From Candidatus Nealsonbacteria bacterium RIFOXYB1_FULL_40_15 (GTDB lineage Bacteria; Patescibacteriota; Minisyncoccia; Minisyncoccales; GWA2-38-27): a DNA stretch of 64,000 nucleotides. Both the position numbers and the translations under genes were made by a program. Every line of letters starts with the position of its first letter. Position 1 is the stretch's first letter. Under the pieces are notes generated by a model. That model searched no databases and was not told the DNA's origin. It saw nothing but the letters and a program-made list of their open reading frames with translations. Shown here in pieces: positions 26,263 through 36,009 of this stretch. The stretch lies in the NCBI GenBank assembly GCA_001821555.1, contig MHMM01000010.1, forward strand, positions 19,629 to 83,628. Direction: 5' to 3'.

Positions 26263-28040
26263 ACCATATATGTAAATCCTTCCATAAAAAGACTCCCGAA
26301 AAACAATCTTTTTACTTTCAATATCTCTATTTTCCCCCGGCTTTCAAGCTCTCTTAACCTAGGGAGATATCCTTCTGTATATCCTCTTTTTCTGTGGAAT
26401 TTTACCGCAAGATAGTCAACAAGATTATTCTCGTCATAAACTTCAACGGTCGGCTCTATGTTAATGCACAGATCAAAGGGTTGTTTGAGAAGATATTCCA
26501 AAAAGGGTTCAAAATCGCTTGCAACCTGCTCCAAGGTTCCTGAAGTAAAAACGCAGCTGCCCGGTTTTATTCTCAAACTGTAATCTGGCTTTCTCATATT
26601 AAACAGAATTCCTTCCATTTTCCAGCCATATGCTTTTGCCAGCCTGTTAATCAGCTCTGGAGAAGAGGGCACAAAATCCATTCCGTAAAGATGTTTCTCG
26701 GGAAACATTTTTGCCATTGGAACTATGTTGTATCCTGATCCCGTTCCAAAATCATATATATTGTCGTAATTTTTCAGGTACTTTTCAAAAAGCCAGGCGC
26801 GGAAAACTGAAAAATAGTCGTTTTCAAAATTATGATCTGCAGGCATTATATACTGCTGGTTAAGCCTTATCGCCTGGTTGGGCCTGATGAACTTAGGCGT
26901 TATACTTGACAGGTCCTGGCTGTTTTTAAAGCTTTCCAAATTTTCATTCCAGCCCTTCTCCCACTGGCCTGTTCTTTCCGGAGCCCCTATGATTTGCGTA
27001 TCGTTTTCTATTTTAAATAATATATGTTTTACGAGCTCGTCTTTCTCTTCCCCCTCAATAATCCTGTACCTAAAATCTGTCTCTTCTATGATTTTAACAG
27101 CAGACGGAGAAAGCTCTTCGGCTCCGAACGACTTCTTAAAATCTTCGACAGAAAGTTCCTTGTCAAAGGGCTTTGCGTTTTTGCTTGAAATCTTCAGTTT
27201 TATTCTAAGCCATGCCCTTGTTCCTGTTTCAAAAATCTGCCTGTCCTCTAGGGCAACTTTATTGAAGCTGATATTCCTGCTATTATCCGCCATTATTTCT
27301 GACAAGACAGATCCTATTCCGCCCGTCTTGCAGTTCTCTTCCATAGTTATTATCTGGTCGGAGCTGTCTATAATCTCAAGAATCTTCTTCTCATTCAAAG
27401 GATTAATCCTCAATAAATCAACAACTCCCATCCCTGATGTTTTTAAAGCTTCGTGGGTCATAAAACCCGTGCTTATAATATTAGTTTTCTCTAATTTTCT
27501 AATAATTTTTAACCCCGAGGAAAGATCTTCCCCCTCCTTATATATTTCACCTCCAAATCCTTTGTCCAATCTCACATAAGTGGGACCCTCGGCCATATAC
27601 GAAGCTTGAGCTGAAAATTTAGCCGAGTACGCATCGGATGGATTAAAAATCGCTATTTCAGGAAGAGTTCTCATTACAGCTATGTCAGAAACCGCGTGGT
27701 GGGTCGGACCGTCAAATTCAAAAGACAACCCGGCCCCCGCTCCCACAATAACGACAGGCAGTTTCATGCTGCAAATATTGGATTTTATATTCTCGTAGCA
27801 TCTCATTGCGATAAAGGGTATGAGGCAATAAATGAAAACTTTTTTTCCGGACAAAGCAAGGCCTGTAGCCAGAGAAACCATATTCTGCTCTGCCACTCCC
27901 GCGTTCACAAACCTGGAGGGAAAATCTCTCTTATATTTTTCCAGGCTAAAAGCATCGGCGTCAGCAGTTATAAAAACAACATTCTTGTTATTTTTGGCTA
28001 TTTGATAAACCTCTTCAAAAAAAGCATCTCTTATATCCAT
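26244..28040 (-). CDS. Fusion: transketolase C-terminal (pyrimidine-binding) subunit + family Y methyltransferase-like domain (Y1)
   Basis: The N-terminal half aligns to 34281..35207 (NAGVAEQNMVSLATGLALSGKKVFIY, GPTHHAVSDIAVMR). The C-terminal 310 aa aligns to 33329..34276 (GAPERTGQWEKGWNENL, DFGTGSGYN). The junction lies near 27165-27180. ATG 28040 (MDIRDAFFEEVY) is preferred to 28094. Confidence 0.75.
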   Translation of the reverse strand: MDIRDAFFEEVYQIAKNNKNVVFITADADAFSLEKYKRDFPSRFVNAGVAEQNMVSLATGLALSGKKVFIYCLIPFIAMRCYENIKSNICSMKLPVVIVGAGAGLSFEFDGPTHHAVSDIAVMRTLPEIAIFNPSDAYSAKFSAQASYMAEGPTYVRLDKGFGGEIYKEGEDLSSGLKIIRKLEKTNIISTGFMTHEALKTSGMGVVDLLRINPLNEKKILEIIDSSDQIITMEENCKTGGIGSVLSEIMADNSRNISFNKVALEDRQIFETGTRAWLRIKLKISSKNAKPFDKELSVEDFKKSFGAEELSPSAVKIIEETDFRYRIIEGEEKDELVKHILFKIENDTQIIGAPERTGQWEKGWNENLESFKNSQDLSSITPKFIRPNQAIRLNQQYIMPADHNFENDYFSVFRAWLFEKYLKNYDNIYDFGTGSGYNIVPMAKMFPEKHLYGMDFVPSSPELINRLAKAYGWKMEGILFNMRKPDYSLRIKPGSCVFTSGTLEQVASDFEPFLEYLLKQPFDLCINIEPTVEVYDENNLVDYLAVKFHRKRGYTEGYLPRLRELESRGKIEILKVKRLFFGSLFMEGFTYMVWKKKN

Positions 28041-28813
28041 AACTCTTTTTTGGCAGATTCCAGATCCTCCCGTTTTAGCGCGGAACTGTGCCATTTTAAA
28101 TTATTTTCCATGAAAGAAACTCCCTTTCCTTTTATAGTATCAGCTATTATCATCAAGGGATGATCTGGCTTTTCAGAAAGAGCTTTTAACAGCTCCTTGA
28201 AAGAATGACCGTCCACTGTCTTGCACTCCCACCCTGAAGCCCTTATTTTTTCTTCAAGCTTATCCTCTATTTTTTCTGTGACCGAAAGTCTGTTCCTGTC
28301 TATTATTCCAACCAAGTTTTTGACCTGCTTTTTCCCTGCGAACATAATTGATTCCCAAATGGATCCTTCTTCGCATTCTCCGTCTCCGACTAAAGCAAAC
28401 GATCTGTAGTTGTTGCCGTCTATTTCCGCAGATAAAGCCATTCCGCAGGCAACCCCTATGGCATGCCCCAAGGATCCTGTATTGTATTCCACTCCCGGAG
28501 TATTTAGATTAAGCTGAACGCCCAAGCTTGATCCATTTTTCCCGTAGCTTTGGATTCTGGAAGGTTCAAAAAATCCAATGTCAGCAAGAATATGATATAA
28601 GGCCAAAGAAGCATGGCCTTTTCCCAAAACAAACCTGTCCCTGCCGTCCCATTTTGGATTTTTAGGATCTACTTTCAAAATATTCCCGTAGTAAAGAGCA
28701 ACTAAAATATCCGTGCAGGAGAATATCCCGCCTATATGCTCCCCCTTTTTTGTCCGGGCAGCAGTTTCTAAAACTTGACTTCTGACCCATCGGGCTTTTT
28801 CTTCCAATGTCAT
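28031..28813 (-). CDS. Transketolase N-terminal (TPP-binding) subunit
   Basis: GHIGGIFSCTDILVALYY, RDRFVLGKGHASLALY and LVGDGECEEGSIWES. Confidence 0.85.
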   Translation of the reverse strand: MTLEEKARWVRSQVLETAARTKKGEHIGGIFSCTDILVALYYGNILKVDPKNPKWDGRDRFVLGKGHASLALYHILADIGFFEPSRIQSYGKNGSSLGVQLNLNTPGVEYNTGSLGHAIGVACGMALSAEIDGNNYRSFALVGDGECEEGSIWESIMFAGKKQVKNLVGIIDRNRLSVTEKIEDKLEEKIRASGWECKTVDGHSFKELLKALSEKPDHPLMIIADTIKGKGVSFMENNLKWHSSALKREDLESAKKELWI

Positions 28814-30462
28814 ATTTGCTTTATAGGTTCTATTATCTTCTGGCAGTTGTCCGAAACAACCTCTATAAATACAGGACCTTTTTTATTTAATATTTCTGTT
28901 ATTTTGCCGTCAACCTCTTCATAATTTTGGATGGACTCGTAAGGAAGTTCAAAAGCATCTGCTATTTTTTTAAAATTAAGGCCTTCGGCCTGGCCGGACC
29001 CCACGTGCCTTCCTCCGCAAAGGGCATCCTGGGTGTTTCTTATAGAAACATACCCTCCGTTGTTTATGACAAACAACTTTATATCCAGCCCGCAGGAAGA
29101 CATTGTTTTGAGCTCTTGTATATTCAGTTCAAGAGAACCGTCTCCTGTAATCGCAAGTATTTGTCTAGAAGGATCGGCACTTGCCGATCCTATGGCTAAG
29201 GGAATGGCAAGCCCCATAGAAGCAAAAGCTCCCGATGTTATTTCCCTCTGCCCTTTTTCAAATCTCAAAGCCTGGCCTGTTACATAATAGGAAGAGCCAG
29301 CATCCGAAACAAAAACACTATTTTCTTTTGACAAGGCATCCAACCGGCTTACAAAATAGTAAAGATCTATCGGGTTTCTGGCAGGGCCAGCCAGAGGATA
29401 GCTTTCTTTATAACCTTGGCAATCCTTTAGCCAGTCCGAAGCATCAACTTTTACATCTTCTTTCAAAAGGCCTTCAATAAATTCCTTTACATCCGAATTT
29501 ATTTGGAGGTCAACTCTAATGCTGGGCTTTTTTAGTTCTGCTTCATCTATATCCACCATTATAATCTTGGCGGATTCAGAAAGAGCGTCGCTCACGAAAG
29601 GAACAGCCAGTCTGCTCCCCAGGCTCAAAATCAAATCGCTCTTGCTCATTATAAGTTTTGTATATCTTAATCCTTTCATCCCTCCATGCCCCAAATTATA
29701 CCTGTAAGAAAAAGGAAGCATATCCTGGCCAAGCCTTGATAGAATAACTGGGATTTTAAGCTTCTCTATCAAATTTTTGAATTCATCCAAGGATTTTGCA
29801 ATCCTTATCCCCTGGCCGGCTATTATCAAGGGCCTTTTTGATTCAGCCAAAAGCATTACTGCTTCTTTCAACTTATTTTTATCCAAATCTTTTTCGGAAG
29901 CTTCAGGATTCCAACCCTCAAGCATTTTTTCGTCTATAATGCTGGACTGCACATCCAAAGGAATATCCAGCCACACAGGCCCAGGCCTTCCGGATTTTGC
30001 AAGATAAACTGCTTTTTCTAAATGATATCGTATGCTATCAGGGTCCTCCACCATTTGAGCATATTTCGTCAAAGAATTAACGATCGGAATTATATCAATT
30101 TCCTGGATTCCTAAGCTTCTCAAGTTTTTGATATTAGCTTTGTGGCAGGTATGCTTCTTATCTACTTGGCCTGAAATAACAAGAACAGGAGCAGAATCCA
30201 CCCATGCTTCGCTTAACCCAGAAACAGCATTTGTCCCGCCTGGACCTGAAGTAATGCAAGCAACTCCTAATTTTCCTGTCAATCTGGCATAGGATTCGGC
30301 CATCATAGGAGCTGTAGCTTCGTTTCTTACGCAGATAAAATCCAAATTCTTTCCGGCTATGCTGTCGTCAAGATAAACAGACCCGCTTCCCGAAAGCATA
30401 AAAATCTTTTTGACTCCCTGCCTGGCTATAAAATCAGCTATATAATCTGAAACTTTCATCAT
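28810..30462 (-). CDS. Thiamine-diphosphate enzyme of the acetolactate-synthase/YerE family
   Basis: GPGGTNAVSGLSEAWVDSAPVLVISGQV (TPP_enzyme_N) and ITGDGSLELNIQELKT...VINNGGY (TPP-binding GDG...NN). Confidence 0.8.
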   Translation of the reverse strand: MMKVSDYIADFIARQGVKKIFMLSGSGSVYLDDSIAGKNLDFICVRNEATAPMMAESYARLTGKLGVACITSGPGGTNAVSGLSEAWVDSAPVLVISGQVDKKHTCHKANIKNLRSLGIQEIDIIPIVNSLTKYAQMVEDPDSIRYHLEKAVYLAKSGRPGPVWLDIPLDVQSSIIDEKMLEGWNPEASEKDLDKNKLKEAVMLLAESKRPLIIAGQGIRIAKSLDEFKNLIEKLKIPVILSRLGQDMLPFSYRYNLGHGGMKGLRYTKLIMSKSDLILSLGSRLAVPFVSDALSESAKIIMVDIDEAELKKPSIRVDLQINSDVKEFIEGLLKEDVKVDASDWLKDCQGYKESYPLAGPARNPIDLYYFVSRLDALSKENSVFVSDAGSSYYVTGQALRFEKGQREITSGAFASMGLAIPLAIGSASADPSRQILAITGDGSLELNIQELKTMSSCGLDIKLFVINNGGYVSIRNTQDALCGGRHVGSGQAEGLNFKKIADAFELPYESIQNYEEVDGKITEILNKKGPVFIEVVSDNCQKIIEPIKQI

Positions 30463-31628
30463 ATCTTTTTATGAAAATCTTCCATTTTGCTTAAAGCTTC
30501 TTCTATCTCCTTTTTTTCTGTACTTGCATAGCAGAACCTTGCATATCCTTCCCCGAAACTGCCGAAACAATTTCCCGAAACAGCTGCTATGCCTGAATTC
30601 TCCAACAGTTCTTCACAATATCTGGCCGAATCCATCCCCGTTCCCTTTATATTGCAAAAAGCGTAGAAAGCTCCTTCGGGCATTACGCACGAAAGGCCTT
30701 TTATCCTGTTCAGTCCTCCTATCAGAAGATTTCTTCTTTCATTTAATTCCTGAATTCTTTTTCCTAAAAAACTGTGATCTCCTTCAAGGGCCGCCTTGCC
30801 TCCCAACTGGGTAAAGGCAGGCAAGCAGGACATTATGGTTTCCAGAAGAAGGCCCATCTTTCTTATAAATGATTCTGGACCTATGGCGAACCCCAGCCTC
30901 CAGCCGGACATAGAATAAATCTTTGAAAGACTTCCCAAGACGATGGTTCTTTCTTTGCATTTGTCCCTCAAACTCGGAGAAAAATGATTTTTCCCTCCAT
31001 AAATTATTTTTGAATAAACTTCATCCGAGAGAAGATAGACATCCGAATGCTCTGCAATTTCGGCCGTTTTAAAAACTTCTTCTTCTGTCATAACAGAGCC
31101 CGTCGGATTCTGGGGCGTATTCATGATTATGAGGCGGGTCTTGTCTGTAATCTTTTCTACTATATCATCAGGATTCATCCTAAAGCTGTTTTCTTCTTTC
31201 AGCCGGACAGGGACAGGAACAAACCCATTGTATTTTATAACCGAGTAATAAGTGGGGAAGCCCGGGCCGGGAAGAATTATCTCCTCTCCCGGATCTGCTG
31301 CGCATCTTGCAGTAAAGTCAATCAAAGCATTGGCCGGGCAGATCAAAACCTGATTCAGGTCCGGCTTGAAGCCCAGGTCTCTTTCTGCATAATTTGCCAC
31401 TGCCTCTCTTAATTCTCTTAACCCCATTGAATTTGTATAATGGGTGAGCTTTTGATCCAGGGCTTTTTTTGCCGCCTCAAGAACATGATCCGGAGAATCA
31501 AAATTAGGATCCCCGAGTTCAAAATGAATAACCTTTTTCCCCTCCCTTTCCATATCTTGGGCTCTGGATAAAAGTCCAAACATGGGCTGGCCTAAAAGAT
31601 TTTCTGCTATTTTTGATAAATGTTTCAT
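30459..31628 (-). CDS. PLP-dependent aminotransferase, class I/II (AspAT fold)
   Basis: MNTPQNPTGSV and SLSKIYSMSGWRLGF (PLP lysine). ATG 31628 (MKHLSKIAENL) is preferred to 31688, which overlaps the upstream gene by 56 nt. Confidence 0.8.
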   Translation of the reverse strand: MKHLSKIAENLLGQPMFGLLSRAQDMEREGKKVIHFELGDPNFDSPDHVLEAAKKALDQKLTHYTNSMGLRELREAVANYAERDLGFKPDLNQVLICPANALIDFTARCAADPGEEIILPGPGFPTYYSVIKYNGFVPVPVRLKEENSFRMNPDDIVEKITDKTRLIIMNTPQNPTGSVMTEEEVFKTAEIAEHSDVYLLSDEVYSKIIYGGKNHFSPSLRDKCKERTIVLGSLSKIYSMSGWRLGFAIGPESFIRKMGLLLETIMSCLPAFTQLGGKAALEGDHSFLGKRIQELNERRNLLIGGLNRIKGLSCVMPEGAFYAFCNIKGTGMDSARYCEELLENSGIAAVSGNCFGSFGEGYARFCYASTEKKEIEEALSKMEDFHKKI

Positions 31629-31632
31629 ATGT

Positions 31633-32547
31633 TTATTTCCATCTTCCCTTAGGGCCTTGGGAGACAGTAAGAATATGCTTATTTTCAAACGCCTGCACTG
31701 GCTGGAGTCTTTTTTTCAACAAAGCTCCTCTGTCTTCCCTGTCGTCAATACAATGAATAAGCTCCGGAGGGATATCTTTTGCATCTTCTTTTTTAACTAC
31801 CCATAAGCTTTCCAGGAGGGGCCTGTCAACAGGAATTCCATATTCCATAAACAAACGTGGCCTCTTTTTTTCCTCGTTTCTCTCCAAAAAGAGGATTATC
31901 TTGATTAAAAAAACTTTAAGGCGGGGAAACATGGCAAGTACTTTGCTTGCAAAACTTGGCTTATTTTTCCAATAAGATTTAGAAGGATGGAATTCTTCAG
32001 CTTTGACATCTTTTGAAAGAACGACCCTGCCTCCTATTTCATAAACCCTCATAACAATGTCAGCATCCCAGAATAAAGCCACAAATCGCTTGTCTATTCC
32101 GCCGATTCTTTCCCAGACTTCTTTTTTCATAAATCCGCTTAGAGCCATTAGAGGAGAGTTATGGTTATCAACCCAATAATAGCCACACTCCCCTGCAATA
32201 TCCTTTCCTTCCAGAACATATCGGCAAGAAAGAACCGCTTTGTCGTCATTCAGTTCCCTGAATTCTCTGTAAAGATTATCCAAAGCGTGCGGAGAAAAGA
32301 CAACATCATCCGCAAAATTCATTATGTATTCGCCCTGGGCATAGCGGGCCCCTATTTCAAGGCATTGGACGGGCTTTGTTTCAGAATATATGAAATGGCA
32401 GTTTTCAGGAAGCTTAAACTGGGGTATTTTATTTCCCACAAAGATCATCTCAAAAGGAATCTTATTTCCAGCCAAAGATTCATATGTCTTCATCCAAAGC
32501 TCGGGTCTCACCGCAGAGCTAAATAAACTTATAATTGGTTTTTCCAT
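31633..32547 (-). CDS. Family X copy 2: uncharacterised GT2/GT-A-like transferase
   Basis: MEKPIISLFSSAVRPELWM, FADDVVF, FWDADIVMRVYEIGGRV and tail LTVSQGPKGRWK. ATG 32547 chosen by alignment to X1. Confidence 0.5.
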   Translation of the reverse strand: MEKPIISLFSSAVRPELWMKTYESLAGNKIPFEMIFVGNKIPQFKLPENCHFIYSETKPVQCLEIGARYAQGEYIMNFADDVVFSPHALDNLYREFRELNDDKAVLSCRYVLEGKDIAGECGYYWVDNHNSPLMALSGFMKKEVWERIGGIDKRFVALFWDADIVMRVYEIGGRVVLSKDVKAEEFHPSKSYWKNKPSFASKVLAMFPRLKVFLIKIILFLERNEEKKRPRLFMEYGIPVDRPLLESLWVVKKEDAKDIPPELIHCIDDREDRGALLKKRLQPVQAFENKHILTVSQGPKGRWK

Positions 32548-32549
32548 AA

Positions 32550-33332
32550 TTAAAAGCTGCTGCTTTCCCCGCCGTCTGCAGGTATACAAGCGCCGTTCAC
32601 AAGGCTTGCTTCTTTAGACACAAGAAAAGCTACTATGCTGGCTACTTCTTCTGGATTTCCCATTCGGCCTAAAGGGAAATCTCTGTCTAGGGCTTTCTTA
32701 AATTCGTCAGGATTTTCTTTCTGCTCCTTTTCCCATCCTGTGCCCAGAATCATTATTGCTCCTGGAGCTACGCTGTTGAAGGTAATTCCGTCTCTGGCTA
32801 AATCATGGTTCATAGCCAATGTTTTCATCATGCTTATTTCCGCCGCCTTGGCCATATTAAACCAAGGCCTCCCTCCTCCTTCCCGCCCCAATTTTGAGGC
32901 TATTGTTATTACTCTTCCCCATTTTTGGCTTCTCATAAAAGGAATCGCTTTAACCGTAAATCTAATAGCCGCTAAAGCGTTTTTTTCGTAAACATCAGTC
33001 CAGACCTGCTCGTCCGTTTCTTCTACTACCGAGCTTCCCCAACGCCCCCCTCCTCCTACATTATTTACAAGAATATGGATTGTTTTCCATTTCTCAATTA
33101 CTTTTTGAAAAGCATTTTCTATATCATTTTTTTTAAGCGCATCGGCCTCCAACCCCAAAGACTCTACTCCTCTTTTTTTTATTTCTTCTTCTGCTTCTTT
33201 GGCTCTTTCAGGATCAATGTCGCACACAGCCACGTTGCATCCTTCTTCTGCGAGTTTCTTTGCTATAGCAAGGCCGATACCGTGGCCCCCTCCTGTAACT
33301 AAGGCATATTTTCCCTTTATTTCCAAATTCAT
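32550..33332 (-). CDS. Classical short-chain dehydrogenase/reductase
   Basis: ALVTGGGHGIGLAIAKKL, LVNNVGGGG and NSVAPGAI. Confidence 0.85.
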   Translation of the reverse strand: MNLEIKGKYALVTGGGHGIGLAIAKKLAEEGCNVAVCDIDPERAKEAEEEIKKRGVESLGLEADALKKNDIENAFQKVIEKWKTIHILVNNVGGGGRWGSSVVEETDEQVWTDVYEKNALAAIRFTVKAIPFMRSQKWGRVITIASKLGREGGGRPWFNMAKAAEISMMKTLAMNHDLARDGITFNSVAPGAIMILGTGWEKEQKENPDEFKKALDRDFPLGRMGNPEEVASIVAFLVSKEASLVNGACIPADGGESSSF

Positions 33333-34276
33333 ATTTTTTTGGGTTGCCAGATTATTAATGTAAATCCTTCCATAAAAAGACTGCCGAAAAACAGTCTTTT
33401 TATCTTAAGTATTTCTATTTTTCCCTCTTTTTCAAGTTCTTTCAGCCGCGGAAGAAGGCCTTCCGTATACCCTCTTTTTCTGTGAAATCTCGCCGCCAGA
33501 TAATCAAAAAGAATATTCTCATCGTATTCTTCAACTATAGGCTCTGAATGAATACATAAAGAAAAAGGATTCTTAAAAAGATACTGCAGGAATGGCTCAA
33601 AATCGCTGGCAAGCTGTTCCATTGTTCCTGCGGTGAATACAGCAGAACCCGGCTTTATCTTGTAGCTTTCATCCGGATGGCGCATATCAAAGAGCATTCC
33701 TTCTATTTTAAGATTAAATTTCTTGGCTATTTGGTTAATAAGCTCGGGGGAAGAAGGAACAAAATCCGACCCGTAAATGTTTTTTTCTGGATACATCTTT
33801 GCCAGAGGAACTAAATTAAACCCGGATCCTGCTCCAAATTCATAAATATCATTAAAATCCTTAAAATATTTCGTAAAAAGCCAGCATCTGAAAACACTGA
33901 AATAATCGTGCTCAAAATTTGAATTAGAGGGCATTATATACTCCCCCATAAATCTTATCGGCTGATTCGGCCTGATAAATTTGGGAATAAGCTTTCCGAT
34001 CTCTCCTCCGCTTTTTAAAAACTCTTGGAGGTTTTCATTCCACCCCTTCTCCCATTGGTCTGTCCTCTCGGGAGCTCCTATCACCTGCCTATCTGTTTCC
34101 AATTTTTTCAAAACACTCAAAAAAACATCGTCCCTTTCTTTTCCCTTTATTATTCTGTATTTAAAATCGCTCTGCTTGATTATCTCCCTGCATTCCTGGC
34201 CTATATCCTCTACGGTCGTTCCAAATGATTCTGCAAAATCTTCCACGGAAACCTCTCTGTCAAAATTATTTTCCAT
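33329..34276 (-). CDS. Family Y copy 2: uncharacterised N-terminal domain + class I SAM methyltransferase-like fold
   Basis: GAPERTDQWEKGWNENL, PKFIRPNQPIR and EFGAGSGFN (motif I). Confidence 0.55.
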   Translation of the reverse strand: MENNFDREVSVEDFAESFGTTVEDIGQECREIIKQSDFKYRIIKGKERDDVFLSVLKKLETDRQVIGAPERTDQWEKGWNENLQEFLKSGGEIGKLIPKFIRPNQPIRFMGEYIMPSNSNFEHDYFSVFRCWLFTKYFKDFNDIYEFGAGSGFNLVPLAKMYPEKNIYGSDFVPSSPELINQIAKKFNLKIEGMLFDMRHPDESYKIKPGSAVFTAGTMEQLASDFEPFLQYLFKNPFSLCIHSEPIVEEYDENILFDYLAARFHRKRGYTEGLLPRLKELEKEGKIEILKIKRLFFGSLFMEGFTLIIWQPKKI

Positions 34277-34280
34277 ATTT

Positions 34281-35207
34281 TTATATGATATTTTTAATTT
34301 GTTTTATTATGCTTTCTGCGTCCAGGCCTTCTTCTTTACACATATATCTTTTGTCGCCGTAGCAGAAACATTCTTTGTCTTTGATTCCAAACCTTTTAAA
34401 TTTTGCAGTGATCCCATAATCGCACAATAAGTCGCAAATAGAAGTTCCGACTCCTCCGTAAGACAAGTGATCCTCTATAGCTACTACTATTCTGGCTTTC
34501 TTGAGAATTTCTGATAACAAGGCTTCGTTAAGCGGCTTAATCCTGTACAGATCAATCAGTCCTGCGTTGATTTTATCCGCTACTTCCAAAGCAGTATGCG
34601 TCATGGATCCTGAAGAGATAATTATTGTGTCTTCTCCCTCTCTTAACAGGGAAAATCCTGCGTCAAAATTTTCTTTTTCGTACAAAAAAGGAGAAACTCC
34701 TTTGTCAAAACGCAAGTAAGAAGGTCCTGAAATCCTGCAGCATAAATCTACAAATGAAGACGCCTGAACAGGATCTGAAGCAGATAAAATAGTCATGCCG
34801 GGAATTCCTTTCATTATGGAAATATCCTGGATTGAATGATGAGTAGGGCCGTCTGATTCGTAAGAATACCCTCCTCCTATTCCGATTATTGAAACAGGAA
34901 GATTCATTATTCCTATGTCAATTTTTATCTGCTCGTAGCATCTTGCCGTAATAAAGCATGCTATGGCATGAACAAACACTTTTTTCCCGCCCAAAGCAAG
35001 ACCGGAGGCTACGCTTATCAAATTTTGCTCTGCAGGCCCCGCGTTTATTATCTGATCGGGTATGTTTTCCTTAAACTTCTCAAAGCTTTTGGCGCCCTGA
35101 TCCCCCAAAAGCAGGATTATATTCTTGTCTTTCAGGGCAACAGAATAAAGACTGTCAAAAACAGCATCTCTCATGTCCTGCTCTTTAATTGCAGTTTTAT
35201 TTTCCAT
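34281..35207 (-). CDS. Transketolase C-terminal (pyrimidine-binding) subunit
   Basis: NAGPAEQNLISVASGLALGGKKVFVH and GPTHHSIQDISIMKGIPG. Confidence 0.85.
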   Translation of the reverse strand: MENKTAIKEQDMRDAVFDSLYSVALKDKNIILLLGDQGAKSFEKFKENIPDQIINAGPAEQNLISVASGLALGGKKVFVHAIACFITARCYEQIKIDIGIMNLPVSIIGIGGGYSYESDGPTHHSIQDISIMKGIPGMTILSASDPVQASSFVDLCCRISGPSYLRFDKGVSPFLYEKENFDAGFSLLREGEDTIIISSGSMTHTALEVADKINAGLIDLYRIKPLNEALLSEILKKARIVVAIEDHLSYGGVGTSICDLLCDYGITAKFKRFGIKDKECFCYGDKRYMCKEEGLDAESIIKQIKNII

Positions 35208-36009
35208 ATTCTAATTCAATCCTGGCTTTTTCCAAAAGCTCTCCTTTTGGAACGCCATGATGCCAATGAAAATCATTTTCCATAAAAGAAACTCCCTTGC
35301 CTTTTATCGTATTTGCAACAATGGCCAGGGGCCTTCCGCTATTTCTAGAATGAATATCCGATAAAACCGAAAATATTTCGTTAAAGTTATGCCCTGATAT
35401 TTCTCTTGTATCCCATCCAAAGCCTTCCCATTTTTCTTTCAAGGGAGATATTCCTGAATATTCTTGGGTTGGACAAGTGGCCCCCACTTTGTTGTTGTCT
35501 ATTATGGCTACAAGGTTATCAAGATTTCTGGCTGAAGCGAAGTTTGCCGCCTCCCAAACAGATCCTTCGCAACATTCTCCGTCTCCCAGCAGAACAAGGA
35601 CGGAAAAAGGCTTTTTATCAAGCTTTGCTGAAAGAGCAAGGCCCGATCCTATGCCTAAACCGTGTCCCAAAGATCCTGACGAAACCTCTACTCCCGGAAT
35701 GCGGTGGTCCGGATGCCCTCCCAGTATAGAGCCGTTTCTGCCATAATTTTTAAGCTTTTCCGGGCTGAAGAATCCCAGATCGGAAAGCACCGAATATAGG
35801 GTAAGGCAGGCATGCCCTTTGCTTAAAATAAACCTGTCCCTTCCTTCCATATCGGGATTTTCAGGAGAAAAATTCATTATTTTTCCGTAATACAATGCTG
35901 TTATAATCTCAACGCAGGAAAAAGCTCCCCCCAAATGGGCCTTTCCGGCTAAAACCGCCGTTTCCAAAATTTGCCTGCGGATCCAATTTGATTTTTCCTT
36001 TAAGTCCAT
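35197..36009 (-). CDS. Transketolase N-terminal (TPP-binding) subunit
   Basis: AHLGGAFSCVEIITALYY, RDRFILSKGHACLTLY and LLGDGECCEGSVWEA. Confidence 0.85.
   Translation of the reverse strand: MDLKEKSNWIRRQILETAVLAGKAHLGGAFSCVEIITALYYGKIMNFSPENPDMEGRDRFILSKGHACLTLYSVLSDLGFFSPEKLKNYGRNGSILGGHPDHRIPGVEVSSGSLGHGLGIGSGLALSAKLDKKPFSVLVLLGDGECCEGSVWEAANFASARNLDNLVAIIDNNKVGATCPTQEYSGISPLKEKWEGFGWDTREISGHNFNEIFSVLSDIHSRNSGRPLAIVANTIKGKGVSFMENDFHWHHGVPKGELLEKARIELEYGK

Noticed and set aside
26878-27579. 233-aa + strand ORF, seemingly 'conserved' with the + ORF at 33981..34430
   Set aside because: Both lie antisense to the paralogous Y domains, so their similarity is inherited from the sense strand. 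The S/L/I/F-rich composition is typical of the antisense frame of K/E/D-rich genes, and there is no start context.
26244-36009. Phosphonate pathway (split phosphonopyruvate/sulfopyruvate decarboxylase + aminotransferase) instead of transketolases
   Set aside because: The split subunits carry transketolase-specific motifs (GH.GG..S...I...LY; RDRF.LSKGH; GPTHH). No PEP mutase gene is present in the window.
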